Counted from the first letter of the stretch, positions 1 to 14,044 are shown. The stretch: DNA of 64,000 nt from Chrysomallon squamiferum (GCA_012295275.1 CM022677.1:12028001-12092000); one strand, 5' to 3'. Made by a program: numbers and translations. The notes: generated from the letters alone by a model not told the origin.

Positions 1-3000
1 TTACATTGTGTTACACAGAACATTCATAGTCAGAGAGTAGCGGTGACACCAACCGTGTAAATTGTAAGAGAAGTCCGCCGATATCTTGAATAACTATAAA
101 TATCCTTCCAGACTAGCTACCATTATTTCTCAGTTTAGAAAAAAGTTAAGTATCTGCACTACATCTTTAATTATACACATATTTATAATTAAAACAAATA
201 TATATATATATTTAATTTCCGATGAAATGTATATAAATCGATGGTAAGAAAAATGTCTAATTGTAAATAAACAAACATATGCTAATAAAAGTAGTTTAAT
301 AAACCTCAAAATGTTGATGAATTTCAGATTAATCAAATTATTTCTGGTAGTAAATAAAACGTCGATTTAAATTTGATGTTATTAACTTTTATTAATAACA
401 GACTTCAACTAAGAGAGTTTTTTCGATTTTAGATATGTCTTAAAAAAAATAATAATAAAAAAAAGTATTGCCATTTTTGCTGGATCACATGATGTAGTCA
501 AGCAGAATGGCAAAACTATTAAAGAATTCACACATGTTATCTTTCAGGATACCACACAATATAATCTGTGGATCAAGCTTATAACATATAACACTATTTA
601 AACAGTGCAAAAATTAAGCAGAGTAAAATTATCAGTGTAAATAGTGTATTTTCTTAACAAAAATACTACGTTACTTTTGCTGCCATGATGTAGAGAAAAC
701 AACACAAATTACGTTGAGAAATATCACATTAATATCACAGTTGCTAATGAAATATCATTTTTATCTGGTTTCGATATTTTAATCCTGAATATTCACTTTA
801 CTTCTCAACTAGAAATATCAAAATGAATATGTAATTAATTATTTGCTAATGTCTAACAAATGTAACACCTGTCTAGAAAAAGAAAATCAGTATTTAAATA
901 TCAGGTGCAACTAAAAACTAATCCTGATTCTGATAGTGACACAGAATTGAAATCTAGAAGGCCTCTTTATTTCTGAATTTCTCAGCTATACTTCTTGAAT
1001 GAGATGATATTCAGTTAGTTATACGACAAATCATACTGAAAATTACAGGTATGATTTCACTGTGAACATTCAGAAATATAGATGGAACTTCAGTGTTATA
1101 ATGTTTTTATTAACAACAGTAGCTTTACATGTTACGTCAAATATATATCGAGATATAAAGAGAGCGCATCTAGTTTGACATATTATAACCACAGTTAATC
1201 TATTAGATATTACTGACATTTATAAATGATAATTCTACATGGCGTTATGAAAATAAGTGGTGTAATTACCTGTAAAAAGAAAAAAATGATAATTAATTAT
1301 GAGCAGTGATATTTACAGTTTGCTAGTTAAGTATGTTAAGAAATGTTAATCTCATATTTTATTAATATTTATATCAAGTTATATTGAAAAATCTCAGAGT
1401 TAATTCCCTGGAATCATGATAGTGTGTACTGAGTAGCTGAGAACAAACAAGGTGAAAATGTTGTTTTATTATCCGAAATTTAATGTTTTCATTACATTCA
1501 TTAAAAGGTACATCAGCGCAAGTTGTATAGTGTAATATACTTTACATTTCTTATTATACCTGAAGTTCTCTTATTACATTAGATATTAATATAACCGCTT
1601 CACCAGTAATAATCTATATAACAATGAAGCAGACACCGTAGTTGTCAAAGTCCTCTCTTTGTCAACAGCTAAATAACCACAAATAACAATAATAACAACC
1701 TAATATTTTTATTTTTTATTTTGTTTTTATTTTTCTGTAAAAACGGAAGCTTCCTATATATGTTTGACGCTATTCTCTTAGTTTCAATAGAACTGTTCTG
1801 AGTGCGGATATAAAAATTACTTCGAATTTTTTGTTAGGCCTCGTATAGTTATCAGAGAAATCAGATTTATTCTTAGTGTATTTTTCTGTCGAGGTATAAA
1901 CAAAATACTTCTTTTTCAAGAAAATAATGATAATAATAAAATAAGAAAACCGCTGATTTATGAGAAATCGTGAACTTTTATAAAACCACAGTTAACTAAA
2001 GAATATCGCTGTTTTCACTGATAATGTTACCCACCGATAAGACGCAAGTTTTATAACGTATTATTTATATGAGAAATTAAAATTACATTAATTAGAGATT
2101 ATCAGTTATATTATTGAATAAACATGGAATTTCATTCTAGATTAACTTACTTTTCTCAGTAATAAAAAAATAATATGATATATTCTTAATTACATAATTT
2201 GATAAATTTGAATTTTAGATTAATCGTGTAATTTCATGTAGGGAGAGATGTAAATTGTGTCGCGGAATGTCATGTTACTGCTGTCATAAAACAAAGTATC
2301 ACATTGTGACACTGAAAGGTGCACAGTTAATTTTCAGTAATATCAATACAATAATAAATACAGTATTCATCTAGCACTTTACCCTTTCTGTATGTTCTTA
2401 TTACTGTTAATAATAAAATGTGTGTGTGTGTGTGTGTATACTGAGCCAAAAAAATGAGGACAAAGTCATTAAAAATAAAAAGTGCTTAAAATGATTAATA
2501 AGCTAGTTGAGATATTAGATAAAACTTGCTTTCAACTAATACTGAAGCAAAAGTTGTCATTTTCTTGTTCACTTGACTGTAGTGAGGTTGTGAAATCAGG
2601 CAAATACTGTTGTGATGTAAGTTACACGACAACGTTTTAATCCAGTAATACAATGAATAAACTGATTTAATGAGATGTATATTGATGTAATTGGTGTGTT
2701 GTTGTATCTCAGTTCAGTGTAATTGAGAGATTTAAAAAAAAGTTCACATATGATGTGGTAGTTTGGCAATAAAGTTGTGGACACCGTAACTTACGACATA
2801 TGCAGAGTTCAACTTTTTTTTGAGAAAGCAGTAATAACAAATGTCTTTTTCTTTTCCCATGTCGGTGATTGTTTCTGAATCAGAAAGAGATGCAAAGAAA
2901 AACTAGAAGTATGCTTTTCAAATAATAAAGTTTAGCAGTATAATATGTCGTAAGTTACAAGACACCAAAATGTCATCATCCATAAAAATGAACAATATTA

Positions 3001-3615
3001 TGCAGAAATAAAACAACAAAATGTGAAACAGTCTTAGTTTTATTTCAGTTTCACTTCTTTAAAAAAATATTGTCTGCGGGCATTGATTGTTGGTGGCTTC
3101 AAACATTGTTTGAATGTAAATCGTGAAAATAAAAGCTGTGTAGAAGGAAACAAACAAAGAAACGAAAATTTGGTACAAAAAACCTTCGACAAAGATGGTA
3201 ACGAACAACAATGATTTTTTCAGCTAACTAATTCACTTGTATAAACGTGGACATTGCATGAAAAATAATTACATAAAAACGAAAATGAATTACTGGCTCT
3301 TTCTTTCATTACATTTTATTTTGATCTTTGTTTTTCCTTGGTTTTGTGCTACACGCCAGTTAAGTTATCCCATTGTTCATGTCCTCGTTTCCAGCGAATT
3401 TAACCAGAAAAACAATCATTAAAAATAAAATATTAAAAGAAACTAATTGCCAAACACTGTAATTTAATCACATATATCAACACGTCTTTTTTAAGGATTA
3501 CGGAGTTGAATGCAAACACCCTTGCATTTTCCTTACTTGGTCGAATAGCGTGTCACTCCATATATATATATAGATAGATAGATATAAAAGGATATATATA
3601 TATATATATATGGAA

Positions 3616-3662
<47 letters not shown>

Positions 3663-4805
3663 CCATATATATCTGTCTGTGTAAAAATGTAAAATTATTT
3701 AAATTTATTTTGTGAATATGAATGTGTAAGAAAAATGCCTTTTGTAAACTGCGAATGTGAAAAAGGACTCAATAAATTTATTGAAATGTACGCAAACTAA
3801 TAAAAACATTTCCTTATATTAATTCAGGCCTTTTGTTTTATGATTTACAGTCAGCGATCAAGTGGGTTAAGAGAATTTACATTATCCTCACTTGAAGAAA
3901 TCACAGTTGTTTTCACACGAGTGTTTACAATAATCATGTTCTGTGAAAAAGGATATATTTTCAGAGATAGGTTTGATGTTGAAGTGTGCACTTGTTTACC
4001 CAACACAGCACTGATTTTCTGAGACTAATGAGTTCAAGATTAATAAAGTGTAATGAAATTTATAAACAACATTCGCAAATTTCTTCACTGGAATATTTTG
4101 ATTACTGTTACGGAAATGTGTTCAAAGTTTTTGGTAGAGATGTTTATTGCATTCGTAACAATTCATTCAAATTTATCTTAAAACTGCATTAATAATGAAA
4201 AAACGAAACGGAAAAAATTATATTTATTTTAAAACATAACAGTAATAGTAATAAAAGTAAATAATAATAATAATACAATAACAATAATTAAAAACAATAA
4301 GAATAATATAAAAACATCATCAACAACAACAACAACAACAATAATAATAATCATAGGAAAAAGAAACTGATGGCATGAACAAAACAAAAACAACACAAAT
4401 GGAGTGAGGAAGATGATCAAAGAGAAAAAAACAACATGTATAAGTGAAACAAAAACATGAGGACAAAAAGAAAAAGTAGAAAAAAGCCCAATAACATTCT
4501 GGCTTTTGCCTGAGACACTACACATACTGACACATTTCCTCACAGTCAGTCATTAATCAGTCTGCAATAGTAACGCAAAACAAATATTTTAACAGTGAGT
4601 GCTGTCATCCAAATATTGAACTAACAGGCTTTGAGATCAAATCCCAGCCACACCTTCTATTCAGAAGTAATTATAGAGATGTAAAATTACTACTCTGTCT
4701 GTTTAACTCGACTTTTAACATTCTAAGACTATTGTGAGAAAATACCTGAAAGGGTAGAACTGATCACATGAACAACATTCTCACTTATGGTTAACATACT
4801 GATTA

Positions 4806-5283
4806 CAGTTGACTATCACTAATCCGGCATCATCGGGACCTGGAGGGTGCCGGATTAGCCATTTTGCCGGATTAGCCATTAGGACAGAATACACCAAACC
4901 CATTAGCTAACCACCTCATCTTAAAATATAAATATCCCATAAAGCAGTACAATTTGATTAATAAAGAAAAGATAATTATCAAAAAAAAAAAATCAAGTAC
5001 AAAAATTAATGAATTACGGGCACAGGTATACTACAAATTAATTCTGTTGACTTACATTAGACCATCACTGCCACTTCCAAAGTAGCATTTACATGTCTTG
5101 AGGTTGAGGGTTGTCAAGATTCTCATCATCATCTTCTAAGGTGAGTGAGATATCAGAAACTGATGGTGACGGTGGCAACATACCTGGGTGAGCAGCTGTT
5201 GAAGGCAGAGGAGATGTCAGGATTAGTGCCGGATTACTGACTGTACCGGATTACTGATTGCCAGACTAGAGGTGGTCAACCTG
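4806..5283. mobile_element. Non-autonomous pogo/Tigger-like MITE
   Basis: Ends TA-cagttgactatcactaatccggca ... tgccagactagaggtggtcaacctg-TA form imperfect terminal inverted repeats with TA flanks; subterminal GCCGGATTA repeats at both ends; no ORF. Confidence 0.65.
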
Positions 5284-5539
5284 TATCATAATCGAAGAGA
5301 TATTTCGGAGAATTTAATGCTGGGTTACGGCTATGACAGTGGGGTCTGTGTCCTATGTCGTCTGGAAGATCATCAGGCTGTTACAGTAGATGTTACGTGT
5401 GGTAGCTCAGTAGATACTATATCTTTTGAAACCAATAGCTTTGGATATTTTTCTGAGATGCAATTAGTCACATTTTCTGACTGAAATATTTAAACAGTAT
5501 TAAAATAACAATTTATATTATAGATTTCTTAATAGTATC

Positions 5540-6136
5540 CAGGACACGAAATGGCAAGTCACCAGGTCGCCAAATTCGACCAAAGTTCGGTTTAGGCGAC
5601 TGGGATGTTAGAAATATTATGATTAGTCGCCCCCAAAAATATTATTTGGGTGACCTGTTTTTTTCTAAAAGTTATAACACAGGTAATAATTTTATAATAA
5701 TTTTATCGAAATATTTATTTTACATAAAACGAGTGCCCATAGCTCCTTAAGTTGGACGTATCGGCTTACATAATTTGCTAACAACTATTTATAAACAGTA
5801 CGTTAAAGGATTATCGGTTGGTTAACGGAACAAGTTATCATAGGAGATAACTCTGTAACTAATTGTTTGCTATTGTTTTTCCTTTTCAATTCCACCTTTA
5901 ATTGGCTAAAGTGAAGCCAACGAACAAATTTAGCGAACTTTTAGAGCTTTACGTTAATAATTATCGGTTGGTTAACGGAAACAAGTTATCATGGAAGATA
6001 ACTCTATAACCTTGTATTCGCTATTGTTTTTCGTTTTCACAAGTTAAACTTTACTCAGTCATTTGACGTTGCTTTCCTTAAATTTTTATTTCTTTTGAAA
6101 AATCCAAGCATTATAATACTGTAAATTCTTCTTCTT

Positions 6137-6167
<31 letters not shown>

Positions 6168-6497
6168 TTATTATTATTATTATTATATAATTCCATTTTT
6201 GTCAAGGTTTGTTTGAAAATGTCTTACCAGCTGATTTGTATAACTGGGACTAAATGTTTGTGGCTATTTTAATTAATAAAGAATTTTCGTATTTCATTTT
6301 AGATGTTGACAAATTAAGGTAAGCCAATACTTTCAAATTATCGAACTACGAAAAAACCTTTTATGTGACATAAATATTTGCTACAAAATTATTGATAGTG
6401 GCTCTTATGTTATAACTTAAAGAAAAAAAGAGATGTTAAAAAAATACTTTTTATGCGACTAAACCATAATGTTTGCTTTTTTAACTTTCGAGCCTTG
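5540..6497. mobile_element. Possible non-autonomous DNA transposon (hAT-like ends) with internal ~90-bp direct repeat
   Basis: Left end caggacacgaaa, right end tttcgagccttg (reverse complement caaggctcgaaa); GCGAC/GTCGC subterminal motifs; internal repeat tacgttaa..ttatcggttggttaacggaa(a)caagttatcat at ~5799 and ~5950. No 8-bp TSD seen. Confidence 0.35.
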
Positions 6498-6900
6498 TGC
6501 TTACTGACATAACGTGCATAATGATCAGCTTGAAAGACAGTTAAATTTGGAAATATGAAAATTTTAATTTTAATCAGTTGTAATATATTTTATCAGGATA
6601 AACAAGACTCATTAAAATGATTTAAAAAAAAAAAAAAAAAATGTATCATCTGAATTAGGACAGTCATTTCAAATAATTTACCACAGTATAAGTATTACAA
6701 GAATTCAGATTTGTTTTTGTTTTGCTGCTGAAAAAGATCTGATATTTCTGGGAGTTCTTCAAAGCATTCCAATGAACAAAGCAGAGATAATTTGTATTTG
6801 TTTTTTCATTAGTATTTTTCCTGTTTAAGCAGAAATTGATTTGTAATTTCTCCTTCATTTTTATAGAGGACATTTGAATGTGCATGTGTGGGGTGTTTGT

Positions 6901-6942
<42 letters not shown>

Positions 6943-7201
6943 GTTGTCTTCTTATATATTTTATTGTGTTTTTAAAGAATTAGTCTTTCTTCACGTTGAA
7001 GGGAGTATCAACAGACTGCTACTACACAGGGTAAGAATTTATTTGAATTATGTGTAATTTTTCTAACAGATTAAGTGACATCATTCTCAGATTAATTGAT
7101 TTTATATTGCAGTATGTTTTGTTTGTTATTTTAAATTTTGTTTTCATTTTAAATTTTGTTTTCATTTTTATTTTTAAGAAAAAGCTAATTGTCTTCTTCA
7201 G

Positions 7202-7314
7202 TTTCACTTGTCAGTACAGAAAGTTCACATTCCAACAGCCCAAACCAGCCGGTTTCTTGTGTCAAGAAAATATTGAACTTTTAAAACATGTTCTGAAAGC
7301 CAGTCTGTCAACTG
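7202..7314 (+). other. Candidate upstream exon, possibly of the MCC-like copy
   Basis: ttcttcAG acceptor and strong GTGAGT donor at 7315; ends ..KHVLKASLST|G in phase 1, compatible with the phase-1 start of exon 8640. No recognisable motif. Confidence 0.3.
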
Positions 7315-8639
7315 GTGAGTCAGTTAATCTATTAATTAAATAATTTATATAATTGTTTTGTGTTGGTGTATTTGTTTTTGTTTTGTTTGTTATTGCTATT
7401 TATTTATTTGTTCAACCTATGTGACTGTGTTATTTTATGATATGTTTTTCAATTTATTTAGTCAAACATTTGTGTCTGTTTATTTGTTTGAAGTAAAGTT
7501 TGGCTCTCAGTTTTTCACTGTTGCTATCAAGATGGTTTTAAGTGTAAATTCAATGTTTAATTCATTGGATGTTTGACAGGTGGAGTAGCTGATTCTGAGT
7601 TTGGTAAGGTTGTTGTTATGTAGTTTGTTACTAAAATGATTTTGTTTTTGAATTTGATTGTTTAGATTGGTGAAGTAGCTGATTCTGAGTTTGGTAAGGT
7701 TGCGGTTATGTAGTTTGTTACAAAAATGATTTTGGGTTTTGATGATGAAAGGTGTAACTAATACTGATTTTATTTCTTTACTATTTGCTGGTTGCAACAT
7801 TCACACACTCCAGTCTCCATTTCAATATGGCTGACTGTTGTTTAAAACTAGATTGTAGTGAAAGGTGAGTTTTAAAGGGTTGATCATGGCCTAGATCCTT
7901 CATGAGATGTTTATTACTGAGAGTGGATTTTAACACAGTATTTTAGTGTGTGTAGGTTTTGTCTGTATTTTATTGGTTTTATTCTAACATGAGACTATCA
8001 GGCAGTGTGATGCTTGGTAAAAAGCTTTTACAAGATGTGATTATTTTCTGTATGTGGCATCCGAAGTTGAAACTTGCATTTTTATTGCAGTTGAAAGAGA
8101 TACAGGATAAACTGTTACAATTATGTTATAGTTTAAAGAGTTACAGGATAAACTGTTACATTTTTTAATCAGTTTAAAGAGAGAATAAATTGTTACATTT
8201 TTGTTACTGTTGAAAGAGTTACCTAATAAGTTACCTCTGACAGATTTGTCTTCTAGTCAAACAATCAAACATCAACATCAACAAAGTCACAAGTGAATCC
8301 TAATACAAGAGAGAGCTATAAATATATATATTTGTTATTCATCTCTGTAAAGGAATCATGGAGATAGACACGTGTGTTTGTTGGGTTTATTTTTATATAT
8401 GGAACTTTGAGAATATACAAATTCAGGAATTAAGGAATTGAAAATGGATATATATATATATATACACATATGAAAAACTTATATATTATTATTATTATTA
8501 TTATTCTTACTCTGTATATTTCCTTCTATTGTAAGTCATGAATTTGCTGCTTATTTACCTATAAAAAATATTTTTTGTAGTGTTTACTTTATGTAAATCT
8601 TTGTATTTATTTATTTATTTATGTAATATTAATTCACAG

Positions 8640-11600
8640 GACTACAGTTTCCTGTAGCTAAAATTGCAGAACTGAAGAAATTAAAAACATGTGCTGGAGA
8701 CAGACAGATTCTTGGTGCTGAAATTACCTCCCTTGGGGTAAATCTCATTTTGCTTTCTTTCTTTATATGTCTGTGTTCACATTGGTGTTTATATCCCAAT
8801 AAAACTAAGAGAAAAGAAACAAATCAGATAATGTTATATTTAACATCATTTTAATCTGTTCTAATGCATTTGTCAAATCATTTATCCTTTTTTTTTGTTC
8901 TCAAAATTAATTTTCAGAATGTAAATTCTTAGAAAGGTTTGGACTTGCTTGTGTTAGATAACCAACACACACACAAACACACACACACATACACAAATAT
9001 TTTTAGCAAATTTATAACTTATGCTTAACACATTTAAAAGTTAAATTGGAATATACTGACAGTATATTGTTATTTGACTGATAATTATAGAGAAAAAAAT
9101 GAAAAACAAAATTAAAAGTTTGCAGTGATACTGAATAACTCATAGACATGGTTTTCATAATTTCCAGTATGATCTTTTAGTTCATTAAAGTGTTAGGTAT
9201 TTTTTGTTTTGTTTTTTTTATGGTGGGAATTTCAAATTATATCACCTCACAATAAAAAAGAAATTGACAGAAAATAATTCACTGACATATTTTTCAATAT
9301 TTCAAGAATTTAATGGATTCTTAAATTTACAAATGTTTTCCAACTACAGTAATTTTAAATCAAATAATGCAAATAAATACAATTTTAACAATAATACATA
9401 ATTATTTTTTGCTTTATGGTAATACTGTTTCAAGTCAACTAAAATAAATACATTTTTAAGAAAATAACCCTGAATAAGTCATTGATATATTATTTTTCAT
9501 GACATCCAATATGATTTTAACTGAGTTTAAACTTTGCTTTTTTTTTGGCCTGAGGTAATACCAATTCAAATCAGTTAAAAGAATTAAAATTTAAACAATA
9601 TTTCAGAATAACTCTTGACTTTTGACTTTTTCACAATTTCAACTTCAGCTTCCAAATACAAAATTAGCCAAACATTTAGTGCAGAGTTTACAGAGCTGTT
9701 CTAACATGCAGGAAATTGTTCAGACTTTGTATCAGGCGATAGAGACATTCGAAGTGTTGTGTGTTCTGCTGGAGAGTGAGATGGAAGTTTTGTTAGCTAA
9801 CTGTAGAGCTGCAGAACTTATATTAATTGACTCACCAACTGATAGATTTGCTGACATACAGTTTCAGAACATATTTTAAAAGTTCCACATTTTCTTGACA
9901 CAAGGAAGTAAACTGGTTCTCCCTTTGAATCCTGCAATTGACTAAAATTCTTATTTAAAAATATATTATTTCAGTAATTGCTACATCATTGAAATTCATT
10001 CTTTTTTTATATGTAAATGAAGTTAATTTTTGAGTGTATGTCTGTGTGTGTCTTTACAATTTCAGTATTAGTGATTATTAATTTCAGAATGTGTAATGTT
10101 AACTTTCAGCGAGTAGCTGTAAATACATAGACACTGAAATTAGCCTAAAGTACAGTATTATATTTTATATCTGTGTATTTTAGTGTAAGTTAATTTTTGA
10201 CATCTGTGCATGTTAGTGTTGTATGCTAACTCTTCAGTAAGTCTCTATGTTAATTTTATTAAATGTATATTTAATTTTAATTAGTGTATGTGTGTTAATT
10301 TCAGTAAATCTTTATTTTAATTACGGTCAGATTAATTTCAGTACCAGCATATTAATTTCCATAAGTGTGTGTGTGTATTTGTGTGTGTGTGTGTGTGAGA
10401 GATTCATTTTAATAAGTCTTTATGTTAATTTCAATAAGGCTGTTATTAATTTCAGTAAGTCTGTAATATTAATTTTACCAAGTCTTGATTTTGCTAATAC
10501 AGTATATTAACAGAAGTGTGTTTTCTCTCTGTTTATTTTCAGTAAGTGTGTATATTAATACAGAAGTGTGTTTTCTCTGTGTTTATTTTCAGTAAGTGTG
10601 TATATTAATACAGAAGTGTGTTTTCTCTGTGTTTATTTTCAGTAAGTGTGTATATTTATAGAGAAGTGTGTTTTCTCTGTTTATTTTCAGTAAGTGTGTA
10701 TATTAATAGAGAAGTGTGTTTTCTCTGTTTTTATTTTTAGTAAGTATGTATATTAATAGAGAAGTGTGTTTTCTCTGTGTTTATTTTCAGTGTGTATATT
10801 AATAGAGAAGTGTGTTTTCTCTGTGTTTATTTTCAGTAAAACTGTATATTAATACAGAAGTGCATTTTCTCTGTGTTTATTTTCAGTAAGTGTGTATATT
10901 AATACAGAAGAGTGTTTTCTCTGTGTTTATTTTCAGTAAGTGTATATTAATAGAGAAGTGTGTTTTCTCTGTGTTTATTTTCAGCTGATGAGTCAGGGGA
11001 GTGTGAGGGTCAGGTGGAGGTGACGTCTATACTACAGAGAGCTCATCACTCGAGGAAGTCTGCTGAAGGCGTGGCTCAACATCTACTTCACAAACTGGAC
11101 AGAAGCTGTGGAGTTAACACCACACCCTGTACTTCTCACCCCTGGGAGGATCTGTCTTCTAACAGCAGAACTGCAAGGTGACACTTTACTTGAAGTCTTT
11201 TTATGTTATATGGACTTCGTTTTCTATTATTTTATATTTAGTTTTGTAAGTACTGAAACATACTTTATTAATTAATACACTTTATTTTTCACTACTTCAA
11301 GGTGACACCTGATATTCTGCTTTCACTTTGTTTTTATAAATACTAAAATTACTTTTCTGTCTAAAGAGATTTTGTCTTTAGCATTTTAATTATTCTTTTA
11401 AAGATGAATAGTGAAATTGATTTTATTTTTTACATTAATAATTTGTTTTTCAGTAATTAAACTTAGACATTATATTTAAATGGACTGTATTTTTTTTACC
11501 TTGTATTGAATTTAATCCACTTTGTTTTTAATACTTAAAGTGATTTTGTTTTTATATATATAAATTATCTTTATTTTATATTTATTGAAATCCAATTTTA

Positions 11601-12655
11601 TACCTTTAATATTGCTTTTATTAACCTAAATGGACTTATCATTTTGAATTGTCCAGCACGTCCAGTTCTACGGCCAGCTCAGTGGACCTTGACTTCACCA
11701 AACTCGAACCAAATATAATAATAACATACACGATATATATGTCACATTATTAATTTTAATATTTGTCACTTTTGTGTGTTTTAAACATGATCTAAAATGA
11801 GAAAAAATCTAAATAATATTTATAGAATATGTCTGTTTATTTTATCAAATAAGTATTCTAAATTCATTGACTTGTTCATATAAACAGAGAAAACCAAATA
11901 ATACAAACTTAGTATATAGATCATTGTGTCATAACTACTGATACTGTTTATTACAGTTCTTTATTATAATTTTAAATTGTATATTTTCTAAGAATACTGA
12001 GTGTAACAGAAATGTAATAATAATAGGTAATAATGATAGGTTATATCATAATATTGATTTTGTATGCCATAACCACTGAAACTCTTTTTCATAATTACTT
12101 TTTAAATTTTAAATATATCATTATGATAATAATTAATTGAAAACCTTTTAGTTATTAAAATTTTAAATGTTTTAAACTTTGATTCATCAAGGTGTTAAGG
12201 TAAGGAACAGACAACATTCATAATTCTAATTTTATTATATAACTGAGTTTCAATCATTTATCAGCAGGATGATCATTATAATCTGATAATTATTATAATA
12301 ATCTTATTGGTATAAATCATTACAATTTAGGTTTATTATTATAATCAAGTTTTCATTGGTTATCATCATGATAAAAATGATAATCTGATAGCTTTCATAA
12401 TTACTAAAGTTCTAAATGAATAATCATTTATCATCAGGATGAAGATGATGAGCTGACAGCGCCAGCTATATGTGAGTTGAGATCGAATGATGTGATGGAG
12501 ATAGCTCAGGACCTGTGTGAGTCGCTCACAAGAGTAAAATGACTCAAATTCAGAGTACAAGAGTTAGTGGCTGCTCTAGAGAAAATCTCTAAAAACTCAG
12601 AAATCAGACATCAGCAGTCAGCAGAGTTTGTCAATGACCTGAAACGAGCTAACAG
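8640..12655 (+). pseudogene. MCC: MCC (colorectal mutant cancer protein)-like multi-exon pseudogene fragment
   Basis: Exons 8640-8737 (LQFPVAKIAELKKLKTCAGDRQILGAEITSLG), 9649-9814 (LPNTKLAKHLVQSLQSCSNMQEIVQTLY/QAIETFEVLCVLLESEMEVLLANCRAA), 10985-11177 (ILQRAHHSRKSAEGVAQHLLHKLDRSCG..HPWEDLSSNS), 11657-~11708 (TSSTASSVDLDFTKLE, truncated), 12438-12655 (..RVK*LKFRVQELVAALEKISKNSEIRHQQSAEFVNDLKRAN). They match in order vertebrate MCC motifs as I recall them (IAKIAE..GSEISSIG; SLQDCSNIQEIFQTLY; PWESLSSNS; TTSSTASS; SEIRHQQSAEFVNDLKRAN). TGA at 12540-12542, no GT after 9814. Confidence 0.88.
10490..10984. repeat. ~50-bp intronic minisatellite (~10 units) ending at the MCC exon acceptor
   Basis: Unit tattaatacagaagtgtgttttctctgtgtttattttcagtaagtgtgta (e.g. 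10561 to 10611). Confidence 0.95.
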
Positions 12656-14013
12656 GTAAACATATCTTCTTTTTGTTTTGTTTTGTAGTGATAGCATTTT
12701 TGTAATATTATTGACATATCTAATATTTATATATAATCTTTATTTTCATTTATTTTGCCCCCATAGTACCTTAATACCATAAACTAATTTTATATATTTA
12801 TTTGTTTATTTATTTTTTTCTGTTATACTATTATTACTTCCACTACTACTACTGTTATCAAAATAATTCTTATTAATATTCACCATCTTTGATTTTAACT
12901 AAATGCTGTATTTGTTTCATCATGATATTACACCAGCTGTTCGGCTTTTTTTAATTCACAAGTGTTGAAAATATTTGTTATTAGCTGATTATATGCAAAA
13001 CTTATTTGTGATATGTGTCTTCATTATGCATAATTAGAATCACACTGAATTGTTTGTGGCACTCTAACATCATGAAAAGTGATCTAATTTTTTTTTTTTT
13101 AAATATGTTATCAAAAGTGCTATTTTGCTAAGAGAGAGATGATTCTTGTATTATTAAACAAAATGTTCTCTTTCACAATTTAAGAGTATGGTCTGAATTT
13201 GAATGAATAAAAAGAAATAAGATGTATATATGTTTGTATAACTCAGAAATTTAAAGAATGTTTAGATGTACCAGTTTCTGCAACTGATCACATCTGGAAA
13301 TAGAGTTTCACATCAGCAAACTTTGTATTTGTAGACAAACTAAAACCTTTAAGAATAAGATAATTTCCCTTTAGTTGGCCTAATGGTCTATTAAAAAATG
13401 TATTAAAAAATATATTTTTTTCGTTAACACCTTAAATGTAGAATTATATGCAGATTTCTTATTTGTTGGACAATATCATTAAACATTCATTAAAATAGAC
13501 TGTTATGACATTTTAATTTAAATATATTTTAAATGATATAAATTTCTTATTCGGTGGCCTATAATGTATTTAAATTTAATTACATTTCCCATTTGGCAAC
13601 CTAGATCAGTAAAAACGTACACAAAGACATTGTAAAGGCACATACTGAACTTGAAATAATATGTAAATGTTTTTGTGGGCTGGTGTGAATAGTTACTTTA
13701 TAAAAAACAGACATGATCATGATGGTAAAGTTTACAAATTGTTAAATGGGCATTATCATGTTTAATGTTACTTTGTATGCAATAAAAAAACCTCATCTAT
13801 TTCAGCTAAGAAAGTTGTTTAGTTTTATTTCCAAGTGAAGAAACCCAGTGAATAATGACAGGCACAATTATTTATAATAATAATAATAATAATACAATGA
13901 CAATAATAATAATAACAAGAACAACAATAATAATAGTAATAATAGTAATACCAATAATAATAATAGTAATAATAATAACAATAATAACTAGAATGGAAAT
14001 AACAATAATAGGA

Positions 14014-14044
<31 letters not shown>

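Noticed and set aside
5272-5484. 70-aa ORF next to MITE
   Set aside because: Starts in the TIR, no recognisable motif or splice signals.
12540-12542. In-frame TGA (also 42961) as selenocysteine or readthrough
   Set aside because: Not at Cys-equivalent positions; both genes have other disabling lesions; no SECIS identified.
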